Below are positions 12,801-25,410 of a DNA stretch of 64,000 nt, one piece after another. The stretch comes from Schmidtea polychroa (Eukaryota): contig CM097887.1 of assembly GCA_044892525.1 (NCBI GenBank), positions 23,870,001-23,934,000 on the forward strand, read 5' to 3'. Made by a program: the position numbers and the translations under genes. The notes under the pieces are model-generated. The model ran no database searches, was not told the DNA's origin, and saw nothing but the letters and a program-made list of their open reading frames with translations. Position 1 is the stretch's first letter. Each line of letters begins with the position of its first letter.

Positions 12801-12972
12801 CCAGAGATTTTGGCTTAATGGACAAACTGTGGCAAATTTTCAGCCAATGAATGATCTCCAGTCGGTTATTGAACTAGCCAATCAAATCACCGAGGAATAC
12901 AAATCGAAAAATTTGAAGTTTAAACTAGACCTGCTTGATAAAGATTTAGAAATGAAATATTTTATTAAATAA
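9871..12972 (+). CDS. 1033-aa orphan protein: acidic low-complexity N-terminus, 13-aa tandem repeats, helical C-terminal domain
   Basis: 3.1-kb uninterrupted ORF in AT-rich DNA; no family motif recognised. A possible acceptor (TTTTCATAG ~9895) may mean an upstream exon exists. Confidence 0.75.
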   Translation: MLTIVIFIGSIKRLIESVDLPEKEVIQVLDNDQRAITQSSVHELNKTIESHQPIRFDDNESETDWSIMSTNEYVNIFHLKRFESEVNAKSVNVENTPSNSIDPVIEKIQSDENSFDLLLNYSNDLNGINLDNSNIPISFDNLNMFSDEEISQSTPYNDSIIPDETETVTSNSDFMQESISGINCGNRSKHPHLINENHNENESSSDNESDESDMKQREHLDSSLSDKLEIELEINQSMNAQQINTDAKIQKEIATEINLNPELYLSKNNKISHIEETRRRVYNESICAITTPNKRMKHEIPIENKEGIPESIVGCENIPGPVCDDIEIITNSSSSLVGSNKYSNCKPENYQPKTISRLLSVDIDCPLNMIVKPSSSSIIQIPNQTSNISLTHFCNLENCLISNNLQKNSQSISTELSINPLKSTENPQKSIAQLKHKENPQKSINPLKPIENSEESTSSLKPVENPQKSIKLKNKEDLEKSINQLKLTENSKESINPLKPTENSKKSINPLKPIENPEKSINPKSKENQSIRFENHPKSESMKPSNPDAIRTAEIERRIKLAEKKPVQLVSNENHQIKLTETSKRLSEKKISTVRKEFPVINRKNNNLSKRFVHQQTSGIDLMELRPIARENLIMERMTKQDFCDGKITQFKTDSISGTKRKREDLQLSTNKQKITKLPKSRKIIQSKPTEETKSTSKLLNVNLGQYLLRHHINEENIIKHQRLVTFTAYNPILPLPLPGAIENESEENRNEIPIKNPPIKCNNETTNQIKTIPEFSQSKLKPLKNEQFIENQIVNLLNELTKENENDFIRLIGQRLPIATENDAKLLIDGMFNLFKLNKDKLFKRTFLINAIFQLVVSIISRCQKVYSYYYSNLLAFIKSMEIHSGLVVILATISIFISLQQWDRIVGFFVDLLRLPNIFLLKLVSVVTPNNIFPQQTGTKYDSITGLFKRLVIYEYSTTSDEECKKLFSNTSIEVQRFWLNGQTVANFQPMNDLQSVIELANQITEEYKSKNLKFKLDLLDKDLEMKYFIK
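11112..11445 (+). repeat. In-frame coding minisatellite, ~9 x 39 bp (SINPLKPTENS/PxK)
   Basis: Repeated AAATCAATAAATCCATTGAAACCC...GAAAAT units; reading frame preserved. Confidence 0.9.
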
Positions 12973-15540
12973 AATTTGAAGTCTTTTGTTTTAATTCGAT
13001 GATATCTGGCACAAAATTTAAATTTAAATCCCTTTAAATAATTTTTATTCAGCCATGGAGAAAATGCATGAAATAGGACACTAAATCGACTTTCGTCTAA
13101 TCCGGCCGCTACCAATGACTGAGGAATATCGAATGGTCCATCCTAGCTTCCAACTCTGACTACTAATTGGCCTGAAATACTAAAACAATAAAGAATTACT
13201 AAAAATAGATTTTTTATAATAAAAGAAACAAATTCATACCAAAAAGATAAACCCTGATAAATTACTAAAAATAGAATTGGTTTATTTTTGACTATTGTGT
13301 TTTAGGATGATCCTATAAATAACATTTTTAAAATGACCTAAAATAGAAAGAATATAGCTAAAAACAATATAAATACTTGTTCATAAACGGAACAACGAGA
13401 CGAAAAAAGACAGTCGAAATCTCTTGTTTGAAAGCAGCTGGTGTCGATTGACATTGAAATCCCGAATTAGAGAAATTCTAGAAGTAGTTTAGAGTAACCA
13501 GTATTGAAACACAGCTGTTGTCTGAAGAGGAAATTTGATATAAATTGTCGAGCGGATTACATTGAGAGAGAGAGAAAGTGTGAAAGAGAAAATATTAGAA
13601 GCAAATTAATATTGAAAAAAGTCCTGTGTTGGAGGAGAGTCATTTTGTCATTCTACAAGCTTAAAAACGAAGGTTTGTTTTGTTTGATTGTGATCCTTTT
13701 TACTTTTATTTACAAGCGAATACAAAGTAGTGTACCATACTTTAGTATTTTCTGGATAGGCTAAAATCACCAACCCACTTACTTATCCATCTTTTGTCTA
13801 GATTGTAGTGAGCAGTTAGACAGTCTCATCGTATTCTATATAAATTTTATATACAAAAATAAAACTTTGTTTTTCATTCACAAAAATTGGAAATTGGTCA
13901 GAATATATGTTCGAAAATCACCAAATTACTATGATCCAGGGATATTTTCTAATACCCTACTGCGGGTAATCGTTGCTATGTATATTTCGCCGCTGTGATT
14001 CGATCATCATCAATGACTTTGAAAATGTGTCCAACAAATCGATAAACAAGCATCCGTCAATTGCCACTTACATGACCGCGTTGGATCAAATGAACCTCGA
14101 TGAAAATGTTTCCTTTTTTCATCTCGTTGCCTGTCTCAAAGACACAAACTATCGAACCTCTCTCAATTTAACCTCGATATTGTCAAAGATTTAATAGGTG
14201 CGAAATTAAATAATTAGTTTTATTTCCAAATTTTCGTTATTCAGCGTTGCGTTTGTGTGATAGCAGTGTGATTGTTTTGATTAAAATATTTGTTTATGTT
14301 ATGTAAGTTTTATGGAAAATTGTTAATCGCGCAGGTTTGTTTATATAAACTAATTTGGTAATACTTCCTTTGATTTTCAAAATAAAAAATTATATCTGAA
14401 CTTATTTGTTAAATATTGAAATTTTTATAAATGAATTCAAGATTTATTTTTCATCGAATAACTGGTTTGCCTATGAAGTTATCCGAAGATAAGTTAAGCG
14501 CTTTTCCATAGAACCTATTGAAGAATTTCATAGTGATTTTCAGATTCAAATATTTGACTTGGTTCCACCAAATTTTAAATAATTGAAATTTGGAATTACT
14601 TTAGAAAATCCCATTGATCTCAAAGAAGATGAATTACTTAAACAGTATGAAATTTATGAAATAATCATAATCCCATTCGAAATTTTTGTTACATTTCATT
14701 TATCATAATCATAATTTATTTATGTTTAAATTTGTTTAATATTCATATGGGTGGAGAGACCCATTTGGGAGAACGTTTGAGTATCGCTGCCACCTGTGCC
14801 AGTGGTAAACAGATGATTCTCGCAGATGGGCACGTTGGAGGCACAGTGTGAACATGAGAAATCTAAAGTTTTTGCGTTTAAAGCCAACGGTTAGAAAGCC
14901 ATTCTCCAAGTCAGTAATGAATCCGGATGTATCAATGAGATCGTTCTATCATTCATCTATAATCGTAAGGACAAGCGCGATAAGAATTCCACTAGCATCG
15001 TAACAATAATATCCGTGGCCACACTTGATTTCGTCTAACACTTTGTTCAAATGCGAATTTCCCGAGAAAGATTTGGCCTAGTAGTCGTACACCGTTTTCT
15101 CACGAGCTGACATATTCCATTCGGATCCATCGATCTTTCATAACCGATTAGCATAAACAGTAGTTGTCCATCTACGAGATCTCAGAGAAGTGGAAAATCG
15201 TAACATAAATATTTGAATCTCCATTACTGATGATCAACTTGCTTGACTTCCTTGATAAATAAAGTGACAGAATATCCGGTCTAGATTAGAACCATTCGTG
15301 AATTGTTGACCTTTCCCATACTTCCAGTTCAGAATAATCGTCGAGTTTTTCTATCTTCACGACGAAAGATAAACAGAAAGCTTTAGAGAATGAAGGGTTG
15401 AGATCTTCTCCCCTTATGCCTTAACAGGCAGTTGTAATAAATAATAAAACTTTGATTTTTATTTCTCGTTACTACTAACTGACTGACGATGTAGGTAATT
15501 GGTAGATTTGAAGTCATCACGATTTGTGTATAATTTAACC

Positions 15541-16010
15541 CAGTGTTGTCCAAACTGTGTGCCGTGAAATATTTTTTTAAAAAAGTCAAAAAAACCCTGT
15601 TTTCCCAAACAACTTAATAAAAAAGGAAATTGAATTGTGGATATTTTAACAGTTATTTCAAATTTAAATGTTAATCAGTCAATTAAATCAAAGAAGCGGG
15701 AACGTATGGCTAACATTGATCAAGAATTAAGAGTTTGTTTGTCAAAAATTCCACCACGATTGGAACTTATTTTTTCGGAACATCAAGCACATAAACCTCA
15801 TTAACTATGTTTTATGAATTTTTCATTCACTAATTTTTCTAAATTTAAAATTTTTTACATTAAATTTAAATAAGTTTTTCATTTCTTATTAAAAGATTAG
15901 TAAAATTGCAATAAAAAATTGCAAACAAAGCAAAAAAAAATTTAGGTGTGCCGCGAAAATTTTTAATTCAGCCAAGTGTGCTATGGCTCAAAAAAGTTTG
16001 GTCTACACTG
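15541..16010 (+). mobile_element. Non-autonomous hAT (Charlie/Buster-type) element
   Basis: TIRs CAGTGTTGTCCAAAC / GTTTGGTCTACACTG; exact 8-bp TSD ATTTAACC; internal transposase C-terminal remnant KKRERMANIDQELRVCLSKIPPRL...HQAHKPH*. Confidence 0.9.
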
Positions 16011-17032
16011 ATTTAACCGAATCTGAATGTCAATATCCGAAAAATTTACTTATGTCGAAGTCTTCGTATATCTATCTAGGCTGTTATCTTAAATTGCTAG
16101 TGACACGACATAATACAATATCAAAATCAGCGACACAATATCGTGACATAAACCAATAAACTCAGTTATTAGCTGAGATAAAATGTGGTCAAAGTTAAAG
16201 TTTAGCTTTAATAATGATGCCGAATAATAAAAGAAAATGTTGTCTTGAGAATAAACTACTGTGAACCTAAGGGTTGTAATATAACCACCATGATTTTTGG
16301 GGGCGTGAAGCGCGTCCTCATAACGTTGTTTCAATCTTCTTCTTACTCTATGTTTGTACATTAATCATTTGTGGGACCAAAGCTGTTAATTACATAAACG
16401 CATTTCTTGATTTGGAGAATTGAGTGTAACCTAGGGCGATTTCTTCTCGAAATGTTGTTCTTGTCATATACACTCTTGTGTGAACCTGTAAAAATAGGCC
16501 TGGTTTAAAATGAATCGTGAACCTTTGTAAGACTCATCGGATTGTCATAAACTAAACTAAAATTTCCCGAACTGCGATCAAATCTAACTCCCTGTGAAAT
16601 GTAAGGATATGATTGATTTTTTTGATAAGATATGGCTGGAAGGTATCGACTTCTCCGGTAAAGATAATATGTAAAGAGGTTTGATTGGAATGATACTACG
16701 ACTGAGGGACGTTGACTAGTTCGTTAATCAAAGTTACTTGGTCAAGATCTTGACTTCATTTTTAAATTTTTAGATTATGTCGGAACCGAATTTGCCAACG
16801 CGCGGCCCGAACTTAAATGAATACATAAGGGTCCTGAAGAAGCGTATCGATAAGCTAGAAAGCACGTGGTTCTCCCCGCCACTTATGAAAGATGCAAATA
16901 AGAAAATCTTACGGCTCGAGCACTGCTGCGACAGTCTGCTCGAGGAGAGTTGATGTCAACGGCTCGCGATCAAGGTCCGGTCGGAGGCCCTCCACCGAGT
17001 CAACTCAGAAGCCGAAATAAAAGGTCGCATCA

Positions 17033-19084
17033 GTAGGTAGTTAGTAGCCCACTGCAGCAATGACCCCCCAGAGGGGGGGGGGGTTCTGCTGCAACTTTTT
17101 TTTTGCTGCAACTTTTGATTACGCAATTGCTGCAACTCACATTTTGCTTCCAGGGATTTTTAGTCCAAATTTTTTTTAACACACTATAGTGAGAGGGTCT
17201 CGATGGTCCTGAGAACTTCAATAGAAAAAGGTGGTCTACACTAAAAAACGTGGTAAATTTTGAAAATATTTTATTTATTTCTTTGAAAAATATTTCATAA
17301 AAATTACCATTAAAAATTATCTTAAAAATTATTCTATTAAAATTCCCATTAAAAATTAACTTAAAAAATTATTTCATAAAAATTTCCATTAAAAATTAGC
17401 ATTGAAAAATATTTCATTAAAATTTTCATTAAAAAATTTCAATTCTCAAACACCTTCTATTATTTCAACTTTTTGTTAATAAATTTTAAAATCTTACTTT
17501 AATTTACTTATTACATTACTTTAATTTACTTATTTAAAAATTATTACTATAATTTACTTATTTAAAATATTTGACCATTGATTACTTAATTTTAAAATTT
17601 GGACCTTAATTTACTTTAATTCAAAAATCTTAGCCCATAATTTACTGTAATTCAATTTTTAGACCCATTATTTAATGTAATTCAAAAATTTGGACCATTA
17701 TTTACTTTAATTTAAAAATCTTAGCCTATAATTTACTGTAATTCAATTTTTAGACCCATAATTTACTTTATTTTAAAAATTTACCACGCTTTTTTTAGTG
17801 TAGACCGCCTTTTTGTATTGAAATTCTCAGGACCAAGGAGACCCACATTAATTTACTTTGAAAATTTCATGCTTTTTTAGTGATAATCGGATTTTTGTTC
17901 TGAAAATAACCCGAGACCTTAAATTACCACTGTTTTTAGTGTACACCACCTTTTTGCATTGAAATTCTCAGGACCAAGGAGACCCACCTGAATTGACCTA
18001 GAAAAAATCATGCTTTTTAGTGATAATCGGATTTTTGTATTGAAAATATCCTGAGACCTTAAATTACCATGCTTTTTTATTGAGACCGCCTTTTTGTATT
18101 GAAAATCCCAGGACCATCGAGTCCCCCTCACTATAGTCTGAATAATCCTTGCCTTTTAGTGGTAGTCGGATTTTTGTATTGAAAAAATCCTAAGACTTTA
18201 AATTACCACTGTTTTTAGTGTACACCGCCTTTTTGTATTGAAAATCCCAGGACCATCGAGTCCCCCTCACTATAGTCTGAATAATCCTTGCCTTTTAGTG
18301 GTAGTCGGATTTTTGTATTGAAAAAATCCTAAGACTTTAAATTACCACTGTGTTTTAGTGTTGACCACCTTTTTGTATTGAAAATATCCCGAGACCTTAA
18401 ATTACCAATGTTTTTTAGTGTAGACCAGCTTTTTGTATTGAAAATATCCTGAGACCTTAAATTATCATGCTTTTTTATTGAGACCGCCTTTTTCTATTGA
18501 AATTCTCAGGACCAAGGCGACTCACCTTAATTTACTTTGAATATTCTATGCGTTTTTAGTGATGATCGGATTTTTGTATTGAAAATAACCCGAGACCTTA
18601 AATTACCACTGTTTTTTAGTGTAGACCACCTTTTTGTATTGAAATTCTCAGGACCAAGGAGACCCACCTGAATTGACCTAGAAAAATCCATGCTTTTTTA
18701 GTGATAATCGGATTTTTGTATTGAAAATATCCTGGTACCTTAAATTACCATGCTTTTTTATTGAGACCGCCTTTTTGTATTGAAAAATCTTTTTTGTATT
18801 GAAAATCCCAGGACCATCGAGACCCCCTCACTATAGTGTGAAAATTCCATGCTTTTTTATTGAGACCGCCTTTTTGTATTGAAAAATTTTTTTTTGTATT
18901 GAAAATCCCAGGACCATCGAGACCCTCTCACTATAGTCTGATAAAAAAAAATTTGGACTAAAAATCCCTGAACACAAAAAATGTGAGTTGCAGCAATTGC
19001 GTAATCAAAAGTTGCAGCAAAAAAAAGTTGTAGCAGAACCCCCCCCCCGGGGGTCATTGCTGCAGTAAGCTCCCAACTACTTAC
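17033..19084. mobile_element. Foldback-like non-autonomous DNA transposon (2052 bp) with long TIRs and an internal tandem array
   Basis: Inverted termini GTAGGTAGT.../...ACTACTTAC extend >150 bp. 8-bp TSD TCGCATCA at 17025-17032 and 19085-19092. Modular repeats (~140-bp higher-order unit) at ~17780-18950. No ORF. Confidence 0.85.
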
Positions 19085-20590
19085 TCGCATCAACAAATTC
19101 CCGATAGTAGACAAATTAAATGTATTTCCAATTTATCACCAGATAGGTGAGGCTAGCATCCAGTCCACCTCCAGATGCCACAGTAATGGCCCAGAATCAA
19201 ATCCTATCGTCGCACCCGACATAGTTAGTACGGTACCTATAAAAATGCAGTCTGTCTCCAACAATGTCACGGTACCCACCAGCGTATCTACTAAACCGCA
19301 AGACGTTCCGATACTATCCAATCCCCGAAAAAGAAAGCGTCTGGCCCGAGTGGAATGGTCAAAGAAGCGCCGAGACAAAATCGCCGCGTTAAAGGTCACT
19401 CTGTTCGCTGTCAAGGAGACCAGTAAAAAGCCAGCGCCGCCTAACCTCGTCGCATCGTCTCCAATGACTCTTTATCGAGTAGTTCCGTCATCCGTACCTA
19501 TACTCCTCTGCGATCAGCACCTACAGATGGACATCGACGCCCTAATGGGTCCTAGAAATTTGTTACGATCTGTTATTAGGGGAGAGCGGGTTAAAAAATG
19601 GTGTAAAAAGACCGTTACATAATTTCTGAACAGCCCATTTTTGAAATCGCCAATTATTCGAAGAAATTTTAAAGAAGTTTAGAGGTAATTCAAAAATAAT
19701 ATAAATTTCAGTGTCAGCCAATATTAAATTGATTCTGAATGTTCAAAAAAGGAACTCTCTCATTGGAAAACTTATCCTAGCTCAAAAGGTTAAAAATTTT
19801 ATTGAAAATTTTGTTAATATAAAGTATTGCAAACATTGTAGTAATCTTGAATAATCGTTTTTGTGTTGAGTTGTTTGACTTATTTGAATAAGGACACTGA
19901 GGAGTCAGAAATTAGTACCAATTTGTAATAAAAACCCAACAATATAAATTCAAACAATAATCTTTTAGTAACTTCTGCTTTTCCGAATTCTTTTTCGAGA
20001 TACTTATTACAGTTTTTCAAACCCAAATGTACTTTTTGTACTGTGTTTAATTAACCTAAGGTGTTTAGTTCTTTACCTTGAGTTACTTGATTTTTAGCAG
20101 ACTATCTTTCTTAAATTTATATATTTTTTCAGTGAATTTAAAGTAATCATATGTTAAGAAAAATTTGACAATTATTTCCTTCCAAATGTAAACTAATGTC
20201 TTTGTTTTGATTAATTTATAATTTACCTTTACTTTTCTAATATACTTTTTTGTGAATAGAAAAACTATATAAAAAAAATCTCAAAAGTTTATTTTTATTT
20301 ATATTGACAATTTTTATGAAATAACAAAGCAATATTTTTAATAAGTTTTGATAATTTAAAATTATTTAATAAAATTAATATTCGTTAACAAATTTATATA
20401 TAATATAAATTAAAAATCTTTTTTCTACATTAAAAGCTTTTTCCATTAAAATTTCCGATATGAAATTTTTGGTTGTTTAAACACATAATATGTAACATCC
20501 AAAATTTATTTCCAAACATTTTGTCCCGAATAGAAATTAATTATATTAGTTTTTTTAATAGTATTATCATCTTATTCAAAAGTTTTTCCA

Positions 20591-20983
20591 ATGGATTCAA
20601 TTAATAGTGACAAGTTAGATATATTTCATTCTCTTAAGAAAGACAAGAAGCATAGAGTATTTTCAATTTTATCATCTCCTGATGTTACCATTAATCGAGT
20701 TAAAGTACTTTCAATGAGTAGATTCGGTTTAGTAGATAATACATTACGGAAGAAAGCCTGGTTGTATATGTATGGTATTGATTCATCAGTTCAAAATTTA
20801 GTCATAGACGAATCAGCGATATCGTCTCACAAAGAATATCATCAAGTATTAATGGATGTAAATCGATCATTAAAAAGATTTCCTCCGGGTATGGATGAAG
20901 TAGTTAGAATGGCAATGCAAGATCAACTAGTGAATTTGATTATTCGAGTTTTAATTCATAATAAGTCATTGCATTATTACCAA
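20591..20983 (+). CDS. TBC1D20: TBC1 domain family member 20 (Rab GAP), exon
   Basis: GLVDNTLRKKAW, QVLMDVNRSLKRFPPGM, LHYYQ|GT. Followed by a 43-nt intron (20984-21026). Confidence 0.9.
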
Positions 20984-21026
20984 GTACAAATATGTTTAAA
21001 GTAATTAAAAAATAAAAATTAATAAG

Positions 21027-21118
21027 GGATTTCACGATGTCTGCGTAACGTTTCTTTTGGTTTTAACCGAGGATGAGGCATTTTGTTTGATATCAAAATT
21101 GGCAAATACACATTTTAT
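21027..21118 (+). CDS. TBC1D20: TBC1D20 exon
   Basis: GFHDVCVTFLLVL...KLANTHF completes the YYQGxHD motif. Phase-2 donor at 21119. Confidence 0.85.
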
Positions 21119-21166
21119 GTTGGTGAGATTTTAATTGAATTTCAATTTATTCAGAAAATTTGATAG

Positions 21167-21410
21167 TGATTTTATGGCTCAAACAATGGAAGCAACAACT
21201 CAACTGTTGTATTTGATTTACGCTATCGTTGAATTGGAAAATCCCTCAATAATAAAAACACTTCAACAAGTATCGGTTGAACCATTTTTCGCATTGCCTT
21301 GGGTTATCACATGGTTTGGACACGTACTAGGAGATTTGTCCAGGATTCTACGAGTCTACGATTTTTTTGTAGCAAGCGATCCAATTATGCCTCTATACTT
21401 GTCTGCCGCT
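21167..21410 (+). CDS. TBC1D20: TBC1D20 exon
   Basis: DFMAQTME...FALPWVITWFGHVL...RVYDFFVASDPIMPLYLSAA|GTAAGT. Acceptor at 21166 (alternative 21154). Confidence 0.85.
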
Positions 21411-21856
21411 GTAAGTTTTTACTGGATAAAATATTTTTTTATATACTTAAAAAAATAAATTTACGAGTCTTTTTTTATCCATAAATCACTAGGGTAAATT
21501 CACGCTTTCTATAATTACAAATATCATTTTTACAATTTGAATAATTATTTAAGTTGATTATCGATTGATATTGAATTTGTTAATTATTAAATCTTTGAAC
21601 ATAGAATTATTATTGAAAATTATCGATTAATTTCATTTTTCCTTGGATTCATAGAGAATAAAGAAATTTATCGTGATTTTGATATCATTTCTTTGTGTAA
21701 CAAGACATAACCAATTTTTTTTTATGTGGGTAACTAAATCCGATTCTGTTTGCTTTACATAGTTACAAATATTATTATTGCTTGAATTTATTTTTTGAAA
21801 TATTTGCACTTAAAAATCAATAAAAGCACTTTTAAATCAATAAAAATATTATTAAA

Positions 21857-21936
21857 AATCAATAATCGCGACAATCAATAATTATGAAAATCAACAATCG
21901 CGACAATCAATAATTATGAAAATCAATAATCGCGAC
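21857..21936. repeat. Short tandem repeat, ~2.5 x 32 bp (AATCAATAATCGCGACAATCAATAATTATGAA), probably TE subterminal
   Basis: Visible directly in the sequence. Confidence 0.8.
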
Positions 21937-22159
21937 TTGCATTTGAAAGGGTAGGGGCCTCTATTGCTAACAAGTGCGCGGTAACTAATGGTTGCGCAAA
22001 GGACTCACATCTAGATAAATTAATCATTGGAATTATTTTTCCCTTAGTTATCACTAGTTAGTTAGCGTGAGCGAGAAGCAATGAGGATGCGCGATAACTC
22101 CTTCGGGAAGCTCATATCTACCCACTATTGGATAGATTGTGAAAAAAATGTTAATGTTT

Positions 22160-22565
22160 GGATTTAATTATTGATATATTTGATTTGATTTGATTGTTGA
22201 TATCGTTCATATTTACTGATGCGATTTAAATTATTATTATTTGTCCATTTGAGAGTTGAACTACTCATTGCTAAATGTATTAAAAAAAAGTGAAAGACAA
22301 ACGTCATTACTGACCTTCTGAATTGGTTAACGTTTGTGCGGTTTTGGTAGGTCCGCGTATTTGCGCCTGTATCGGTATCCACAAAATTATATCGATGGTT
22401 GACCTTAAAGTGCTCAAATCCAGCCTGCTTTAGTTCTTTTGTCTTATATGTGTGGGTGCACTTCGATGACCCTTGCATCTTCATTCTTTTGGTAGTAGAC
22501 CAAGATCTTGAAAAAATTTCACAGCTTCCTCCTTATTAGTTGGCAGACTCCACAAGTTCATCTGA
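22160..22565 (-). mobile_element. Internally deleted Merlin (IS1595/ISXO2-like) transposase remnant
   Basis: N-terminal EEAVKFFQDLGLLP joined to LKQAGFEHFKVNHRYNFVDTDTGANT (Merlin H..VNH..NFVDP.TGAHT motif). Confidence 0.75.
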
Positions 22566-23259
22566 AAATTAATATAAGGAGATTAAATATGTCGCTTGAA
22601 AAAAAAATAACGAAGAGAACAAAGATAAAAACTACAGGAATAGTATTTTATCAGTGTCTTTGATTGAATATGATTAATTTTAGAATTTTTTTTGATGAAG
22701 TCGAGATAACCGGAAACTTTTAACTTAGTTCACTGTGGCTTTTAACTTAAAAAATATGCAATATTAACTAATTAATTAATTTTCAAAAGTCGGCCTAAAA
22801 AGATCTATTTTTAACGGTTTTTACTATGCTAAAAAGAAAAAAGATATTTTACAAAAATTATTTTATTTTATAATTTTATAAACTATTTTTAGATCTATTT
22901 TTAAACCATAAAAAAATCAATCGAAATATTTCTATCTATTGCAAAATCCATAAAAACTCCAAATAAAATGCATATTGTGATTACAAAATTGAAAAAGTTG
23001 GGTATTTTTGGCATAAATATTTTATTATTTTTAAATAAAATAACATCACACATAAATGTTATTTTCGACACTTAAATTTAGAAAATGCCTTTATATTGAC
23101 ACACAATTTTACTACATACCATACAAAAATAGAAAGTTATTAATATTAATCGTTGAGTAAGAGAGTTTGCGCTTTAACATCGTTAATTACTGTCTTCAAT
23201 TTTATAAAAGAGTGACAATATTAAAAATGAATGCATAAAAAATAAAGAACCATTTATTA

Positions 23260-25110
23260 GACAAGTTGCCTTATTAAACTAGTTTTAGCCTTTACTTTCT
23301 TCGGCCTGCCACACTTTTTCTTTCATTAAGCAGAGTCACATTGATTAAAGCCAACTTTTCTCTCTATTTCAGATATAGATAAACGTGAACACAGTTTTTG
23401 GTCTTAACAAACTTCCAGCAAGAACAGATAACAGCTTTCCAAATTTCAAATCCATGATTGACTTTTATATTTTCTGCATAAAATTCCTTGAACAAATTGA
23501 ACCTGTCGAAATTGGACATGATCTTGTTCTCTAATAACTCACTGTCGAAATCAACTGGCACAAGTGTTAACACGTCAAAGACCGCATGTCCACCGGTGGG
23601 TCACTCCGCAAAAAAAGTAAATTTACATGTGACCGGGTGACGTGGGCACTTTAATTGAAATAAATCTAGGGGTTAAATAATGTCTACCTCAAATTATTGT
23701 ACACTAAAAAATATTCAAAAAAAACAAACGCCGGTCCATATGTGAGAAATACGATTTTGCAATGCGGTCTTCAACGTGTTAAATACTCAATCCTTTCTTC
23801 CCATTTCAACAAATGGAGCCCGAAATCTTTGAATCTTGATTCATCAATTAAACTTGGTTCATTATATTGAATCTTCGAGAGTACTGGTTGCACTGAATTG
23901 CTATCTACGAGAATCTCAAACACAGTATATATCAATGCCTCAAGATCTAGCATCTCCATTCTCGTATATTTCGACTTGATCGTGAAATTGAATCGCTCAA
24001 GGAAATTGTCTGTACTTGGTGCGAAAATATCAACTGATTCATACCAATTTGGATTACGATCAATGTACAATCGTTCAAAATCAGCAATAAACCCGAATAT
24101 ACTTTGAATCTGTTGCCATTTTTCTTTAAACAATGCAACACCATACGCAAATAACCTTCGATCAAATAAGGTTAGCAAAATGTGAATTTTATTGGCTAGA
24201 TCAATTTTAAAATTGGCTACACTCTTCAATCTTTGCTTTATCCCTAAGTGTGTGGCCAACAATTGATCTGGAAATTGATCATTGATTGCATTAGTGATAT
24301 AGCTTCTGTTATCAACCACAAAAACTGAAGGTGCCAGATTAATACTGAATTGTAAACACTCACTTACAAGAATATCCAGAAACCATTTATAGTTCGCTTT
24401 TGATTCTGTTTCGATTATAGCAACGGCAATCAAGAAAAAGGAACGATTCAGGTCACTGATGTCAAAAGCTACCATTGTCAAATTTTGCAATGAAACCTTA
24501 TAGGTCCCATCAATATGGAAACATGAAGCGTTGTTAAGTTTTTGCAAAGTTCATGTAGTTACAAAGATTCGCACTGGATTTACTGAAAACGAGGCAATAT
24601 AAGGTTCATTTTGATTAGCTGCCACATTTCTTGAATTGCAAAAGGCTCGAAGCTGGTCAGTTGTATTAATTGCATTTGGTGATACCCCAGTTGTTCTTTT
24701 TTTAGGAATTTAATATGTTATACACTTGCCTAGGTGTTGTATTGACAAATGGGCAATTTGAAGGAATCGGATCGATAGTTTGCAGATAATTTATGGTGTC
24801 TTTTATCCTCCATACATTTGCCTCAAATATCCTGTATTCGTTGAAAACCGTATTTTTACAAGCATTAGAGTGAATAAAAGCTGTGTAAAAACTGTATTAT
24901 TGTCTGGAAAATCACCATAAACTTTTATCATGGCTGAGCAGTCGCTTGTGGGGTTTTTGCAAACAAAAATCTTTGTAGAACAACATTTGCCTATTCAGGA
25001 GGTTCTTATGCTCCAGCGGCCAGTTGCAATCTCATTCTGCAATTCGTTATCATTTGATGCTTAAGTCCAGATAATCTTCGATCTTGCATTTAGTGTCATT
25101 TACCCTATAA
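23260..25110 (-). mobile_element. Mutator-like (MULE) transposase pseudogene
   Basis: FHIDGTYK (D1), FVVDN...AIN..FP (D2), LERFNFTIK (E), C-terminal GRPKK AT-hook. Imperfect inverted flanks (TTTTCGACACTTAAATTTAGAAA ~23063 vs ~25230-25255). Confidence 0.85.
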
Positions 25111-25410
25111 TAATATAAAATTATAAAAATATTTCGATAAATAAACGTTAAATTACTTGTTTTCAATATCAGTTCAATTTAATTAAATTTATAAAATTTA
25201 AGGTAGTCAGTCATTAACGATGTTAAAGCACTTTCTAAATTTAAGTGTCGAAAATAAAATTTGTGTGCGAATATATTTTTTATCCAAATTGAAAAACAAA
25301 AGTTTTATATGCGTAATAAATATATTTTTATAAACTATATCTGGAAACTAAAACTTTCAATAAATTTAGAAACCTAACCCAATAAAAAATAGTTTATTGC
25401 AAACTTAGTT

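Larger units (their letters stand above)
14740..19560 (+). mobile_element. Copy A of the unknown ORF253 element family, decayed and interrupted by two insertions
   Basis: ORF253 homology at 16777-17032 (LKKRIDKLESTWFSPP...LRLEHC, one TGA) continues in frame at 19093-19550 once the foldback insert is removed. Boundaries approximate. Confidence 0.75.

Noticed and set aside
13879-14700. Plus-strand coding-like fragments (13973-14194 ORF and neighbours)
   Set aside because: Frameshifted with no identifiable motif; cannot tell a host pseudogene from TE debris.
14760-14960. DIRS/RT-like peptide FITDLENGFLTVGFKRKNFRFLMF on the minus strand
   Set aside because: No downstream YxDD, and it is not reproduced in copies B or C; likely chance.
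18118-18135. CTCACTATAG, similar to the T7 promoter end
   Set aside because: It is a repeated module of the foldback array with no TAATACGA prefix; not vector contamination.
17780-18950. CRISPR-like array
   Set aside because: The inter-repeat segments are themselves repeats, the context is eukaryotic and there are no cas genes.
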